Shown piece after piece: positions 18,808 through 28,197 of a DNA stretch of 64,000 nt. Within the stretch, counting starts at the first letter, position 1; each line of letters starts with the position of its first letter. The notes under the pieces are model-generated. The model was not told where the DNA came from. It made no database searches and worked only from the letters and a program-made list of their open reading frames with translations. The position numbers and the translations under genes are program-made. Origin of the DNA: Spirochaetia bacterium (GTDB taxonomy: Bacteria; Spirochaetota; Spirochaetia; CADAEX01); NCBI GenBank assembly GCA_017535435.1, contig JAFXTY010000060.1:654-64653 (forward strand), given 5' to 3'.

Positions 18808-18837
18808 TTGACAATTTACAATTTTTGTGGGTAAACT
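18808..18837 (+). promoter_or_regulatory. sigma70-like promoter for tRNA-Ser (TTGACA 18808-18813; TAAACT ~18832-18837)
   Basis: Consensus -35 with 17-18 nt spacer to a TAnnnT -10, ~12 nt upstream of tRNA 5' end. Confidence 0.5.
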
Positions 18838-18849
18838 GTACGAGCCTTT

Positions 18850-18939
<90 letters not shown>

Positions 18940-19008
18940 CAGCCAGGCACTGTGCAATTGAGCTCCGCCCAACCCCGTCAGGATCGGAAGGTAGCAGCGG
19001 TAAGCGGT

Positions 19009-19045
19009 AGCCAATGTGATGCAGTCTGCTTGGCTGTTTTTTTTT
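19009..19045 (+). terminator. rho-independent terminator (AGCCAA…TTGGCT stem + T9)
   Basis: 6-bp stem with 15-nt loop followed by nine T residues, ~75 nt downstream of tRNA-Ser. Confidence 0.55.
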
Positions 19046-19055
19046 GGGAGGTTTT

Positions 19056-20759
19056 ATGCGGCGTATTATTTTGGCAGTTCTCTTGTTCAGCCTTTTCCTT
19101 CATCCTGCTATGGCTCAGGGTGTCACTTTTTATCCACAGGAAACAACAGCATTTATAGAAAGCATTGAGGATACCGAAACCCTTGACCTTCTCTTTTCCG
19201 ATGCCACTGGCAAAATACCCTATGTAAGTCTTCAAGACGGTCTGGATTTTCTCTATGGAACAGGGGAATGTACCAGCGAGGTAAAGGATGGAATTATTGT
19301 TGTCACCAGGACCAACGGAGCATCCCTTGAGGTGGATACCGAGGAAGAGACAATTTATTTTTCCGACTATGACCTCTTTTTGAAACAGCCTGATGCTGTC
19401 ACCCTCCTTGATATTGTCTTGGATGATACTGTCATCAAGCATGAGCCATTAAGCTTTGAGAGCAGGGGACGTCCTCTGACTGTAGAATATGGGTCTTTTG
19501 ATATAGATATATTCAAGGCTGGTGACCTTTGCCTTCTTCCTCTCCAGACTTTTTCTGATATCTTCGGTATAGCTTCTCTTGGGGCTCTGCTTTACAACGG
19601 GGAGGATTTGTTCTTCGTCTCCTCAAAAAGCTGCCTGAAAAATTATGATGATGAGCTTACAGAGCTGGGAAAAAAGTATTATTCGGTAGAACCGGCTGAA
19701 CTTGACGAGGCTTTTGCCGATTTCAACTACAAGGAGCTGGGGCTTAACCTGCAGCTCAACTATGGTCTTGCAGAGAGTCATAATATAACTAAAATCAGGG
19801 AATGGTTCGAGATGCTGGGGCTGGATGAGAAGCTTTCCTCCACCGATCCATTCCAAGGCGATTATGCACTGGCAGAAATATGCTACAAGTATTTCGGCGA
19901 TCTCCACAGCGCTTTCCATGTCCGGTCTCCATACACAGGAGTGCACCGGGAAGGGATAGATATTGTCCCCAGTCCGTCAGTCAAAAGCTATATCCAGAAT
20001 CTGCATGAAAGGCTTTCTGCCCGGGCGGAATATTTCCCTGATGGTGTCCCGGGATTCCAGAAGAAGGGAGACACTGCATACATCACCTTTGATGATTTCA
20101 GCTTTGATCGGTCCAGGGATTATGCAAAAGAACCCCTTACCCGCAAGGAGAAACGCGCTATAGAGAAGGATTTTGCCTCCAGCGGAATTGATACTGTGGG
20201 CCTTATCCATTATGCAAATGAGGAGATTCAGGATAATCCTAAGATAAGGAATGTGGTCATTGACCTTTCCTGCAACACAGGCGGCTCTGTGGATGCCGAA
20301 ATCTTTGTGGCCAGCTGGCTTTTGGGACAGAGCTCTCTGGCTGTACGGAGGAATATAACCGACTGTCAGTCTGCCACATCCTATACAGCAGACGTTAACT
20401 TTGATGGAAAATTCGGAGAGGCCGATGATTATGTAGGCGACCGCCGCATATTCTGTATTATCTCCAGCACTACTTTCTCCTGCGGAAACCTGCTGGCCTC
20501 CATGCTGGCAGAATCTGGGAAAACTACTCTTATCGGAGCAAAGACCGGCGGCGGTGCATGTGCTGTTTATCTTACATCCTCAGCGGCAGGATCCCTGTTC
20601 CAGACCTCAAGCCCATGGCTTTTCAGCTCGGTGCGGAATGGCGCCTTCTTTGATATCGAGGGTGGAGTTGTCCCCGACTATAAGCTTACAGGCTATTCTT
20701 CGTTCTACGACAGATCAGAGAGAAAAGGGTTGACTGCTTTCATCAAGAAGCTATACTGA
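19056..20759 (+). CDS. secreted S41-like (tail-specific protease family) peptidase
   Basis: Signal peptide MRRIILAVLLFSLFLHPAMA (ATG 19056 after GGGAGG; track TTG 19044 is upstream in frame). C-terminal region IISSTTFSCGNLLASMLAESGKTTLIGAKTGGG resembles the S41 catalytic Ser/Lys region; family call moderate. Confidence 0.5.
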   Translation: MRRIILAVLLFSLFLHPAMAQGVTFYPQETTAFIESIEDTETLDLLFSDATGKIPYVSLQDGLDFLYGTGECTSEVKDGIIVVTRTNGASLEVDTEEETIYFSDYDLFLKQPDAVTLLDIVLDDTVIKHEPLSFESRGRPLTVEYGSFDIDIFKAGDLCLLPLQTFSDIFGIASLGALLYNGEDLFFVSSKSCLKNYDDELTELGKKYYSVEPAELDEAFADFNYKELGLNLQLNYGLAESHNITKIREWFEMLGLDEKLSSTDPFQGDYALAEICYKYFGDLHSAFHVRSPYTGVHREGIDIVPSPSVKSYIQNLHERLSARAEYFPDGVPGFQKKGDTAYITFDDFSFDRSRDYAKEPLTRKEKRAIEKDFASSGIDTVGLIHYANEEIQDNPKIRNVVIDLSCNTGGSVDAEIFVASWLLGQSSLAVRRNITDCQSATSYTADVNFDGKFGEADDYVGDRRIFCIISSTTFSCGNLLASMLAESGKTTLIGAKTGGGACAVYLTSSAAGSLFQTSSPWLFSSVRNGAFFDIEGGVVPDYKLTGYSSFYDRSERKGLTAFIKKLY

Positions 20760-20760
20760 G

Positions 20761-22815
20761 TTACACCAGATTGATGAAGAATGTCAGAACCAGGCTGTTT
20801 ATAAAGTCTGAGAACATACCGCCCACAATAGGAACTAAAAGATAAGCTTTTACCGAAGGGAGATATTTGTCGGTGAGCACCTGCATGTTGACCATGGCAT
20901 TCGGTGTGGCACCCATGCCGAAACCGCAGGTTCCCGCGGTAAGTATAGCTGCGTCATAATTGCGTCCCATGGCATTGAATATGACGAAATAGGCAAACAC
21001 AAACATCAGCAGAGTCTGCCCCAGGAGCATGACAAGCAGAGGCAATGCCAGATCTGCCAGCTGCCACAGCTTGAGAGTCATCATGGCAATACCCAGGAAC
21101 AGAGAGAGGCAGATACCTCCAAGATCAGCTATCTCACCCATATGGATGGAGAACTTACCGGAGAACTCCCCCCAGTTGCGCATTACAGCCGCAACTATCA
21201 TGGCCCCGATATAGGCAGGGAATGTCATGCCGCTTTTTGAGAGCAGGTGGGATATGATGGTGCCTAAACCCATGGCTATCATAAGCTGATATGCGGCGGA
21301 GGCATAGAGGCTGGGGTTCTTTCGATGCTTTATCTCATCCTCCACCAGTATGGAGTCATCCTGGACAACTGCAGTCTTGAGCAGGTCCCGCTTTTTGATA
21401 AGATGTGCTCCTAAAGGGCCGCCCATGAGAGAGCCCATTATAAGACCGAAGGTGGCGGCAGCGGTGCACAGGGTGATGGCGCTGTCCAGTCCCAGGTCTT
21501 CCAGTACCGATCCGAAGGCCCCGGCAGTACCATGACCACCCACCATAGGGATAGATCCGGTGCAGAGTCCTATGAAAGGGCTTACCCCCATCACCTTTGC
21601 CAGGAACAGCGCCAGCAGGTTCTGTGACAGAATAAGGAAAAATATGAGCACCAGGAATACGACCAGGGCCATGCCGCCGCTTTTAAGCACTTTGAAGTTG
21701 GCCTGAAAACCTACGGAAGTGAAGAAGATAATCATGCAGACATCACGCAACGTCTCGTCAAACACAAATTCCGCTATGCCGGCAGAATAGAGGATGCAGG
21801 AGAGAATAGCAAACACCAGGCCACCTGTAACAGGGCTGGGGATACAGAACTTCTCCAGGAAGGAAGTTCTGCTGCGCATGAACATTCCCAGGTAAAGCAC
21901 ACCTACTGCCATAGCCATAGTAAGGAACATATTTATATGTATCTTGAATATTCCGGAAGGTTTTTCCTCTTCAAACACTTTTCCAAAGCTTACCTGCTGA
22001 AGGGCAGGGTTGTTCTCATTCAGTATCTTGAGCAGGGTCTCTTCGGCCTCGGGCACCAGTTTGTCTGATGCCACAAGCACTGCGGTCACAGCAATGGTGG
22101 GGATATCTGTGTTCTGACCACGGTAGCTGCCGGCTGGAATAGTGCTTTTTGTATAGACAGGGTTTGTCTCAATTATTCTGTCGCGTATTTCTTCGGACAA
22201 CGGAATGAAGCGTATATCCAGGTCATTGGAAACATTTGTTATAGACAGTACAGGAATGCCGGCAGTCAGAAAGAAGGCATCTATTTCTCCGGAAGCCAGC
22301 GCAGCATCTGCATCGGCAAAGGAGAGAGGTGTTTCTATGATATCATACAGATGGATATTGGCGGCATCCAGAATATCAATGGCATTCTTACGTCCACCGG
22401 AATCCAGTTCACCCAGAGAGAGCCGCTTGCCCCTGAGGTCTTTGACTTCTTTGATATTTGAACTGGCAGGAACTACTATGTGGCAGCTTTCGGGATACAG
22501 ACCTGTGATCACATGGAATCCTTCCTGCCTGTTTCCTGTAAGCAGGTTGTTCTGAGTCATGGCAATATCAAGGAAGTCCCGGCTTATAAGGCGGATATTT
22601 GCAGCAGCACCCCCGGTGGACACAACTTCGATGCCATACTCTGTCTTCTGGCGTACAAGCTTGTCCAAAGCCAGGCCGTAGCTGTAGTAGTTGCCTCCTA
22701 TGTTGCCGGTTCCAAGTTTTAATGTTTTTCCTGCATTCTCTTTCCCGGAGCAGCTGGTAAAAAGGCAGACTGCCAGAACGAAGCATAAAGCTGCAACTAT
22801 TGCTTTTTTCTTCAT
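20761..22815 (-). CDS. TAXI-family solute-binding lipoprotein domain fused to GltS-like sodium/glutamate symporter
   Basis: 684 aa; lipobox LFTSCSG; TAXI-like SBP motif GTGNIGGNYYSYG. C-terminal ~370 aa is polytopic with FFTSVGFQA and a second repeat, as in GltS (ESS family). Confidence 0.6.
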   Translation of the reverse strand: MKKKAIVAALCFVLAVCLFTSCSGKENAGKTLKLGTGNIGGNYYSYGLALDKLVRQKTEYGIEVVSTGGAAANIRLISRDFLDIAMTQNNLLTGNRQEGFHVITGLYPESCHIVVPASSNIKEVKDLRGKRLSLGELDSGGRKNAIDILDAANIHLYDIIETPLSFADADAALASGEIDAFFLTAGIPVLSITNVSNDLDIRFIPLSEEIRDRIIETNPVYTKSTIPAGSYRGQNTDIPTIAVTAVLVASDKLVPEAEETLLKILNENNPALQQVSFGKVFEEEKPSGIFKIHINMFLTMAMAVGVLYLGMFMRSRTSFLEKFCIPSPVTGGLVFAILSCILYSAGIAEFVFDETLRDVCMIIFFTSVGFQANFKVLKSGGMALVVFLVLIFFLILSQNLLALFLAKVMGVSPFIGLCTGSIPMVGGHGTAGAFGSVLEDLGLDSAITLCTAAATFGLIMGSLMGGPLGAHLIKKRDLLKTAVVQDDSILVEDEIKHRKNPSLYASAAYQLMIAMGLGTIISHLLSKSGMTFPAYIGAMIVAAVMRNWGEFSGKFSIHMGEIADLGGICLSLFLGIAMMTLKLWQLADLALPLLVMLLGQTLLMFVFAYFVIFNAMGRNYDAAILTAGTCGFGMGATPNAMVNMQVLTDKYLPSVKAYLLVPIVGGMFSDFINSLVLTFFINLV

Positions 22816-22820
22816 ATTAC

Positions 22821-24470
22821 CTACTTTTTATAAGTTTCTAAATCCAGCTCTTTTTCACTGGCGGCAATCATGACTGTTGCGGCGATATCTCCGTTTACAT
22901 TGGAGGCTGTAAGAATTCTGTCGATAACATTGTAGATACCGATGATAAAGCCTATTGCTGCTGTAGAAATTCCTAAGGAAGAGAGAATTGTGGCCATGAC
23001 CACAATGCCGCAGTTAGGAACACCTGGAGTTCCGATGATCAGAAGGAAAGTAAGAACTGCTATCTTTATACATGCTGATGTGTCAAGGTCGACTCCGCAC
23101 ATTTTGGCAAGGAGAATGACGATGATAATATTATTCATAGCACCAGCATTCATGTTTATGGTGGCACCCAGAGGAATGGCGAAGGAGGTGATTTTCTTCG
23201 ATGCACCCAGCCTTTTCTGGCAGAAGTCAATGGTCATGGGGATGCAGGCACTGCTGCTTGACAGGGTGAATGGTGTCAGCAGATACCCAAAGGTCTTTTT
23301 TACGTATGGCATCGGCGAGACATGTCCACCCAGGGCGATGATGAAGCAATAGAGGAAATAAAGGATAATAGCACCTGTGACAGTTGCCAGCAGATAAGTG
23401 AGCAAGACAAGCAGCGTGGACATTTCACAGGAGAACACCAGAAGAGCCATGGAGGCAAAGGCAACCAGAGGCATGAAGGTGATGATGATTTCCATCATCT
23501 TGAGTAAAAGGGAGTTGGCCTCGTTTAAGAAGCTCCTTAGTGAATTGATTTTATCACCTAGTATGTTCAGGGCTGATCCGGCAAGTACTGCGACAAAAAT
23601 AATCTGGAGCATGTTGCTTTCAAGAACAGGCAGAACCATATTGCTAGGGATGATGCCCAGCAGAATCGTCTTCACTGAGACATCGGCTGTGTTATGAATA
23701 TCCTGCGGCAATGCAGAAAGGTTTTCAGGAAGTGCAGGCACTCCACCGCCGAAGAATAATTTGGCCAGTCCGAATCCGATTAGAATTGCCACAACTGTAG
23801 TGGCAAAGTAGGTGCCCACAACCTTGCCGCCGATTCTTCCCGCCTCTTTGCTGCCCGACAGCCCGGAGAGGCTGGTTGCGATGGAGAAGAACACCAACGG
23901 TGCCAGCATAAGGGAAATAGCATTTAGGAAAAGGGTCTGTATTACAGAGAAAATATTATCGGCAACAAATCCCGATACTGCCTGGGGCAGCCATTTCATT
24001 CCCAGTCCCACAAAGAATCCCAGAATCATGAAGGCGAAGGTGAAAGCCACTTTCCGGCTGTCGGTCCTGTGGGTATGGATGATTATTATATTGTTGCCAT
24101 TGCGGCGGCTGAAGCTTAAGTCGGCCTGGTAGGTGCGGAAAATCAGATCCCGGTAGTAATCCTCGCTCTCTATATCCCAGCTTTGTATGGATTCAAAGGG
24201 ATTATATGCCTCCCCGTGGGATGAGATTGTGACTGTCACATCACCGAACAGCTTATTTATCTTTGCCTTGACAGTCTGTCCTCCATTCTCATAGAGCCGG
24301 ACAATAATCTCTTCCAGAAGCAGGATAGTGCTTGCCACTTCTTTTGAGGATGCTTTCATCTCTAAAAGCCGTTTCCGCAGTTTCTCGCTCTGCTCGCTGA
24401 TTTTATCAAGGGGGATTAAAAATTTATTTTCTTCCTGATGTCCCTTTCTGTTCATTTGTGTCCTATGCAT
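22821..24470 (-). CDS. dicarboxylate/amino-acid:cation symporter (DAACS) with ~150-aa N-terminal cytoplasmic extension
   Basis: 549 aa; C-terminal 400 aa show the DAACS TM/hairpin pattern (…SSSACIPMTID…, …NMNAGAMNNII…); N-terminal soluble domain unassigned. Confidence 0.8.
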   Translation of the reverse strand: MHRTQMNRKGHQEENKFLIPLDKISEQSEKLRKRLLEMKASSKEVASTILLLEEIIVRLYENGGQTVKAKINKLFGDVTVTISSHGEAYNPFESIQSWDIESEDYYRDLIFRTYQADLSFSRRNGNNIIIIHTHRTDSRKVAFTFAFMILGFFVGLGMKWLPQAVSGFVADNIFSVIQTLFLNAISLMLAPLVFFSIATSLSGLSGSKEAGRIGGKVVGTYFATTVVAILIGFGLAKLFFGGGVPALPENLSALPQDIHNTADVSVKTILLGIIPSNMVLPVLESNMLQIIFVAVLAGSALNILGDKINSLRSFLNEANSLLLKMMEIIITFMPLVAFASMALLVFSCEMSTLLVLLTYLLATVTGAIILYFLYCFIIALGGHVSPMPYVKKTFGYLLTPFTLSSSSACIPMTIDFCQKRLGASKKITSFAIPLGATINMNAGAMNNIIIVILLAKMCGVDLDTSACIKIAVLTFLLIIGTPGVPNCGIVVMATILSSLGISTAAIGFIIGIYNVIDRILTASNVNGDIAATVMIAASEKELDLETYKK

Positions 24471-25243
24471 TCTCCCATCTTTACAGGGGTTTCAAAATAT
24501 TTCTTTGGCACTGAGAGTTTGTTCTTCTCTATTAGAAGGATAACAGTTGAGCCACCATATTCAAAGTAGCCTTTCTCCAGGCCCCGCTCCGCTTTTCCCT
24601 CCTGCTCCAGGTTCACGATACGGCCCACCAGCATGGCTCCAACCTCCATCTGCACCACTTTGCCGAACTCCTTCGATTCAATGACAGTATACTCACGGCA
24701 GTTCTGGGCAAATACTGGAAAGGTTTCCAGCGCTATCGGACGTACAGTGTGCAAGATGCCAGGGATAAAGATATTTGGTCCTTTTGTCCCGGAGACAGGG
24801 TAGGCATACCGGTGGTAATTGTCCACACAGAGGCGGAACACCAGGCACCAGCCGCCGTTGTATCGGGATGCCAGTTCTTTGTCATTCAAAAGAGAGGTTA
24901 TGGTATAGGCCGACTGCTTTATGGGGACCACAGTTCCCTCGTCATTTATGGGATAGGCAGAGAGGAGCCCGTCGCATGGAGCGCACATATGATCCGGGTT
25001 CATATCGAAAGGGCGCTTTCCATCTTTAATCCTGCGTCGGAAGAACTGGTTGAAGGTTTTTATTCCATCCAGCTCGTAGTCATTGCAATTTATGTTGTTC
25101 TTTTTGACAAAGCCTTTTATGAGGAATGATGACAGGGGTGAATCCATGAATGAGCCACAGAGCTTTGAGATAGCACGGGATGCAAGAATCTTTAAAACGC
25201 ATCTTCCGGCGGCAGTTTTATATAAGAAGGTGAGCCCGTCCAT
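24452..25243 (-). CDS. psd: phosphatidylserine decarboxylase proenzyme
   Basis: 263 aa; C-terminal GST (EYGGSTVILL) self-cleavage/pyruvoyl site and PSD family body; adjacent to pssA. Confidence 0.85.
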   Translation of the reverse strand: MDGLTFLYKTAAGRCVLKILASRAISKLCGSFMDSPLSSFLIKGFVKKNNINCNDYELDGIKTFNQFFRRRIKDGKRPFDMNPDHMCAPCDGLLSAYPINDEGTVVPIKQSAYTITSLLNDKELASRYNGGWCLVFRLCVDNYHRYAYPVSGTKGPNIFIPGILHTVRPIALETFPVFAQNCREYTVIESKEFGKVVQMEVGAMLVGRIVNLEQEGKAERGLEKGYFEYGGSTVILLIEKNKLSVPKKYFETPVKMGECIGHK

Positions 25244-25258
25244 GGCAGTCAGTGCTTA

Positions 25259-25969
25259 TCAGCGGTTTTTAAGGAATATGAATATAAGGCCCAGTACAAT
25301 AGCCTCGGCTGCACCGAAAGCAATCATCACAAGCACATCTTTTGTGGTAGGTTTTTTAACCCTTATATCAGAGATGAACAGGATGCCCATGATAACCATA
25401 AGCAGAGAGTAGAGGAGGGTGAAATCCATGCTGAACACTATGTGGCACAGAAGGACAGTGGGGAACACAAGGGCGGCGCTGGTCACAGGGAGTCCATGGA
25501 AGAACTTGTCTGAAGAATTGTCAGAGTTCTGCCGCTCCTCCTCCAGCACATTGAAGAAGGCCAGACGGATCAAAGCTGCCAAGGTATAGAATGTGGCAGT
25601 TATAGTGAAAGCGATTTTCACACCCATAGCCCGTTCGGTGATCTTTAAGAAGAAGATAGTGCTGGGCAATGTCTCGTAGTAGATGCTGCTCCGCATCATG
25701 GCAATGCCGATACATGCAGGCAGCACACCGAATGCCACCAGGTCAGAGAGAGAGTCGATCTGGATTCCGAATTTTTTCATCCGCTCGGTCCGGTTCTTCT
25801 TGGTCCGGGCCACCTTGCCGTCAAAGGCATCGCACAGTCCGCAGAACAGGAGGAAAAGCATTCCGATATAGGGATGCCCGATGTTGTTCAGGCAGAAGAT
25901 AATTCCGCATGTGGCGGAAATCATGGAAAGATATGTAAGGATGACTGTGTAATCATAAAAACCAATCAT
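25259..25969 (-). CDS. pssA: CDP-diacylglycerol--serine O-phosphatidyltransferase (CDP-alcohol phosphatidyltransferase family)
   Basis: 236 aa polytopic; CDP-OH_P_transf motif DAFDGKVAR…G…DSLSDLVAFG. Confidence 0.85.
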   Translation of the reverse strand: MIGFYDYTVILTYLSMISATCGIIFCLNNIGHPYIGMLFLLFCGLCDAFDGKVARTKKNRTERMKKFGIQIDSLSDLVAFGVLPACIGIAMMRSSIYYETLPSTIFFLKITERAMGVKIAFTITATFYTLAALIRLAFFNVLEEERQNSDNSSDKFFHGLPVTSAALVFPTVLLCHIVFSMDFTLLYSLLMVIMGILFISDIRVKKPTTKDVLVMIAFGAAEAIVLGLIFIFLKNR

Positions 25970-27012
25970 GGCTCAACCTCGCTTTTTCTTCTGTGCTGTA
26001 TAAACCGGATGAATATATACCCTAATATTACTATAAAAAGTGTTACTATGCTACAGATATAGAAAGAAATTCCTCGGCTTGCCACAGCCAGTCCCACAGC
26101 CATGTCATCTGTCATCAGCATGGAATAGCCGAAGAACATGATGAATTCAGAGATTCCGACAGCACCGGGTATAGGGATGAAGTTGGATCCCACCACCACA
26201 TAGCACTGGATGATGAATATCATAAGACCATTGGAATAGTTGCCATGGAGCGCAAAGTATACAAAGACCGGAACCAGTATCTGGCTTGCCCGCTGCATAA
26301 GGTTGAGGAGGAAAGTCTTGCTGTAGAGCCCTTTTGCTCCGGAAAGCTCTTTTACGCACAGATTGTATTTTTCCATTCCCTTGGTGAACCGGGTCTCCAG
26401 CTTTTCGGCCAGATGCTTGAAATGGAACTTGCGAAGCAGATAGAAGATGACGCTTCCAGCCTTCAGAAGCACTGTTTTTTTCTTAAGCAGGATTATGAAG
26501 CAGAGCGTCAGGAGCACCATGGAGAAGATGCCGATCAGGATCATAACCTTGCAGGAGAGAGGGAACTGGAAAAAGATGCTGGGGAAGAAGATTACTGAAA
26601 GAAGCCCCAGGGTTATGATGGCCAGAGTATACATGGTCAGATTGAGGATGAGGGCTGCTGTCACCACCTCGGCAGGGAGACCATCGATATACATGAAATA
26701 GGCACTGGCAGGCTGTCCGCCGGTGGCCGATGGTGTTATGGAGGAGAAGTAGATGTCGGCAGAGGCATAGAGGAACCCTTTCCTGTGCTTTACAGGGTAG
26801 CCCAGGGAGCGGGTTATAAGTATAAGCGATTTTCCCTCGAACCAGATGAAAAGGAGCATGCAGACAACAGCCGGGATAAGCCAAAGGACATTGGCATTAC
26901 GTATTGCCTCTATGAAATCCGGGACCGACAGACTGCTCCTATCAAAGCAGATATACATGGTGAGAATGGAGAGGATCAGTGTAACTATGGTCCAGAACAG
27001 CTCTTTCTTCAT
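25966..27012 (-). CDS. flippase-like / lysylphosphatidylglycerol-synthase TM-region family membrane protein
   Basis: 348 aa with ~8 TM helices; overlaps pssA by 4 nt; resembles UPF0104/MprF-N-terminal flippase-like domain by topology and conserved-Gly pattern; tentative. Confidence 0.45.
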   Translation of the reverse strand: MKKELFWTIVTLILSILTMYICFDRSSLSVPDFIEAIRNANVLWLIPAVVCMLLFIWFEGKSLILITRSLGYPVKHRKGFLYASADIYFSSITPSATGGQPASAYFMYIDGLPAEVVTAALILNLTMYTLAIITLGLLSVIFFPSIFFQFPLSCKVMILIGIFSMVLLTLCFIILLKKKTVLLKAGSVIFYLLRKFHFKHLAEKLETRFTKGMEKYNLCVKELSGAKGLYSKTFLLNLMQRASQILVPVFVYFALHGNYSNGLMIFIIQCYVVVGSNFIPIPGAVGISEFIMFFGYSMLMTDDMAVGLAVASRGISFYICSIVTLFIVILGYIFIRFIQHRRKSEVEP

Positions 27013-27060
27013 AACGTTATAATATTATATCGGCAGAAAAATAGTGTATATAACCAATTT

Positions 27061-28197
27061 TTAGCGTAGAGGTTCGTACCAGCGGTTCTGGTAGTCCTGG
27101 ATTTTGGAGAATGGCACAGTTTCCCCTATGTAAGGGGTGATGATCGTGATGCCGCTTCCCCCGGCAGCCTTGACCACCCGCTGGACGCTGTCGTCCCAGG
27201 GATGTCGTGCCAGCCTGAAGGTGCCCCAGTGGATAGGGACGACATGCTTTGCCCCCACAGCCTTGGCGGCTTCGAAGGATTCTTCCGGCTTCATGTGCAC
27301 CGACGGCCAGCGGATGTCGTACTGCCCCGCCTCTATGAAGGCCAGGTCAAAGCTGCCGTATTTTTCTCCTATGCGCTGGAAGTGGTTGTCCCAGCCGCTG
27401 TCGCCGCTCTCGAAGATTCTGTATTTCCCGTCGGACACCACCCAGGAGGCCCACAGGGTCTCAAACCGGTCGGAAAGAGTCCTGCCGGAAAAATGGCGGG
27501 CCGGGGTGCAGGCTATGTCGATGCCATCTATGCAGATTTCCTCCCACCAGGCCATATTGGTGATTTTATCCTCTGCTACCCCGAATTTTTTCAGGCGCTT
27601 TTCAACACCCAGGGGGCACACATATTTCTGGACCTTGGAATCCAGCTTTTTTATTGTATTCTTGTCCAGATGGTCGTAGTGATCATGGGATATGACAAGG
27701 ATGTGGATTTCCGGCAGGTCGGCGACAGCGCAGGGGGGCGGGGTGAACCGCTTTGGCCCGGCGAACTGCACAGGAGAGGAACGTTTGCTGAAGACAGGGT
27801 CGAAAAGGATATTTTTGCCAGCCATCTGCAGGAGCAGACTGGAGTGGCCGAACCAAGTGAAGAACAGCTTGCCGCCTGTGGTGTCACCGGTGAAATCGGG
27901 GGTCTTGAGGGGTAACCTGTTTTCCGGTATGACCTCTTTGTCCGAAAGAGCCCAGATAGGAGCATCTTTAGGAATGTCATTCAGAAGTATGAACTCGTGT
28001 TCATTGTAGAAAATCTTGCCATCGTAATTTGAAGCCCGTTTCCCATAATCAGCGGGGTCTGAGAATATCACCCAGGGCAAAAGCAGAAAAAGAATCAAAA
28101 CAAAAACCCTGTGCCAAAGCTGGCACAGGGAACATATCTTTTTAGGAGAATTACTTTTACTATTATTCCATGTTTCCAGGGAATCTTGGAATTGCAT
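27061..28197 (-). CDS. metallo-beta-lactamase-fold hydrolase, NAPE-PLD-like
   Basis: Signal/TM then FTWFGHSSLLLQMAGKNILFDPVFS and ISHDHYDHLD (HxHxDH) as in Lactamase_B_2/NAPE-PLD family. Longest ORF start (28272) overlaps the upstream TrpB2 gene by 110 nt, so start moved to Met 28197 (MQFQDSLETWN…). Confidence 0.6.
   Translation of the reverse strand: MQFQDSLETWNNSKSNSPKKICSLCQLWHRVFVLILFLLLPWVIFSDPADYGKRASNYDGKIFYNEHEFILLNDIPKDAPIWALSDKEVIPENRLPLKTPDFTGDTTGGKLFFTWFGHSSLLLQMAGKNILFDPVFSKRSSPVQFAGPKRFTPPPCAVADLPEIHILVISHDHYDHLDKNTIKKLDSKVQKYVCPLGVEKRLKKFGVAEDKITNMAWWEEICIDGIDIACTPARHFSGRTLSDRFETLWASWVVSDGKYRIFESGDSGWDNHFQRIGEKYGSFDLAFIEAGQYDIRWPSVHMKPEESFEAAKAVGAKHVVPIHWGTFRLARHPWDDSVQRVVKAAGGSGITIITPYIGETVPFSKIQDYQNRWYEPLR

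Noticed and set aside
27137-27915. + strand ORFs 27137-27679 and 27202-27915
   Set aside because: They are antisense to the NAPE-PLD-like MBL hydrolase gene, whose HDHYDH motif and N-terminal signal are intact on the minus strand.
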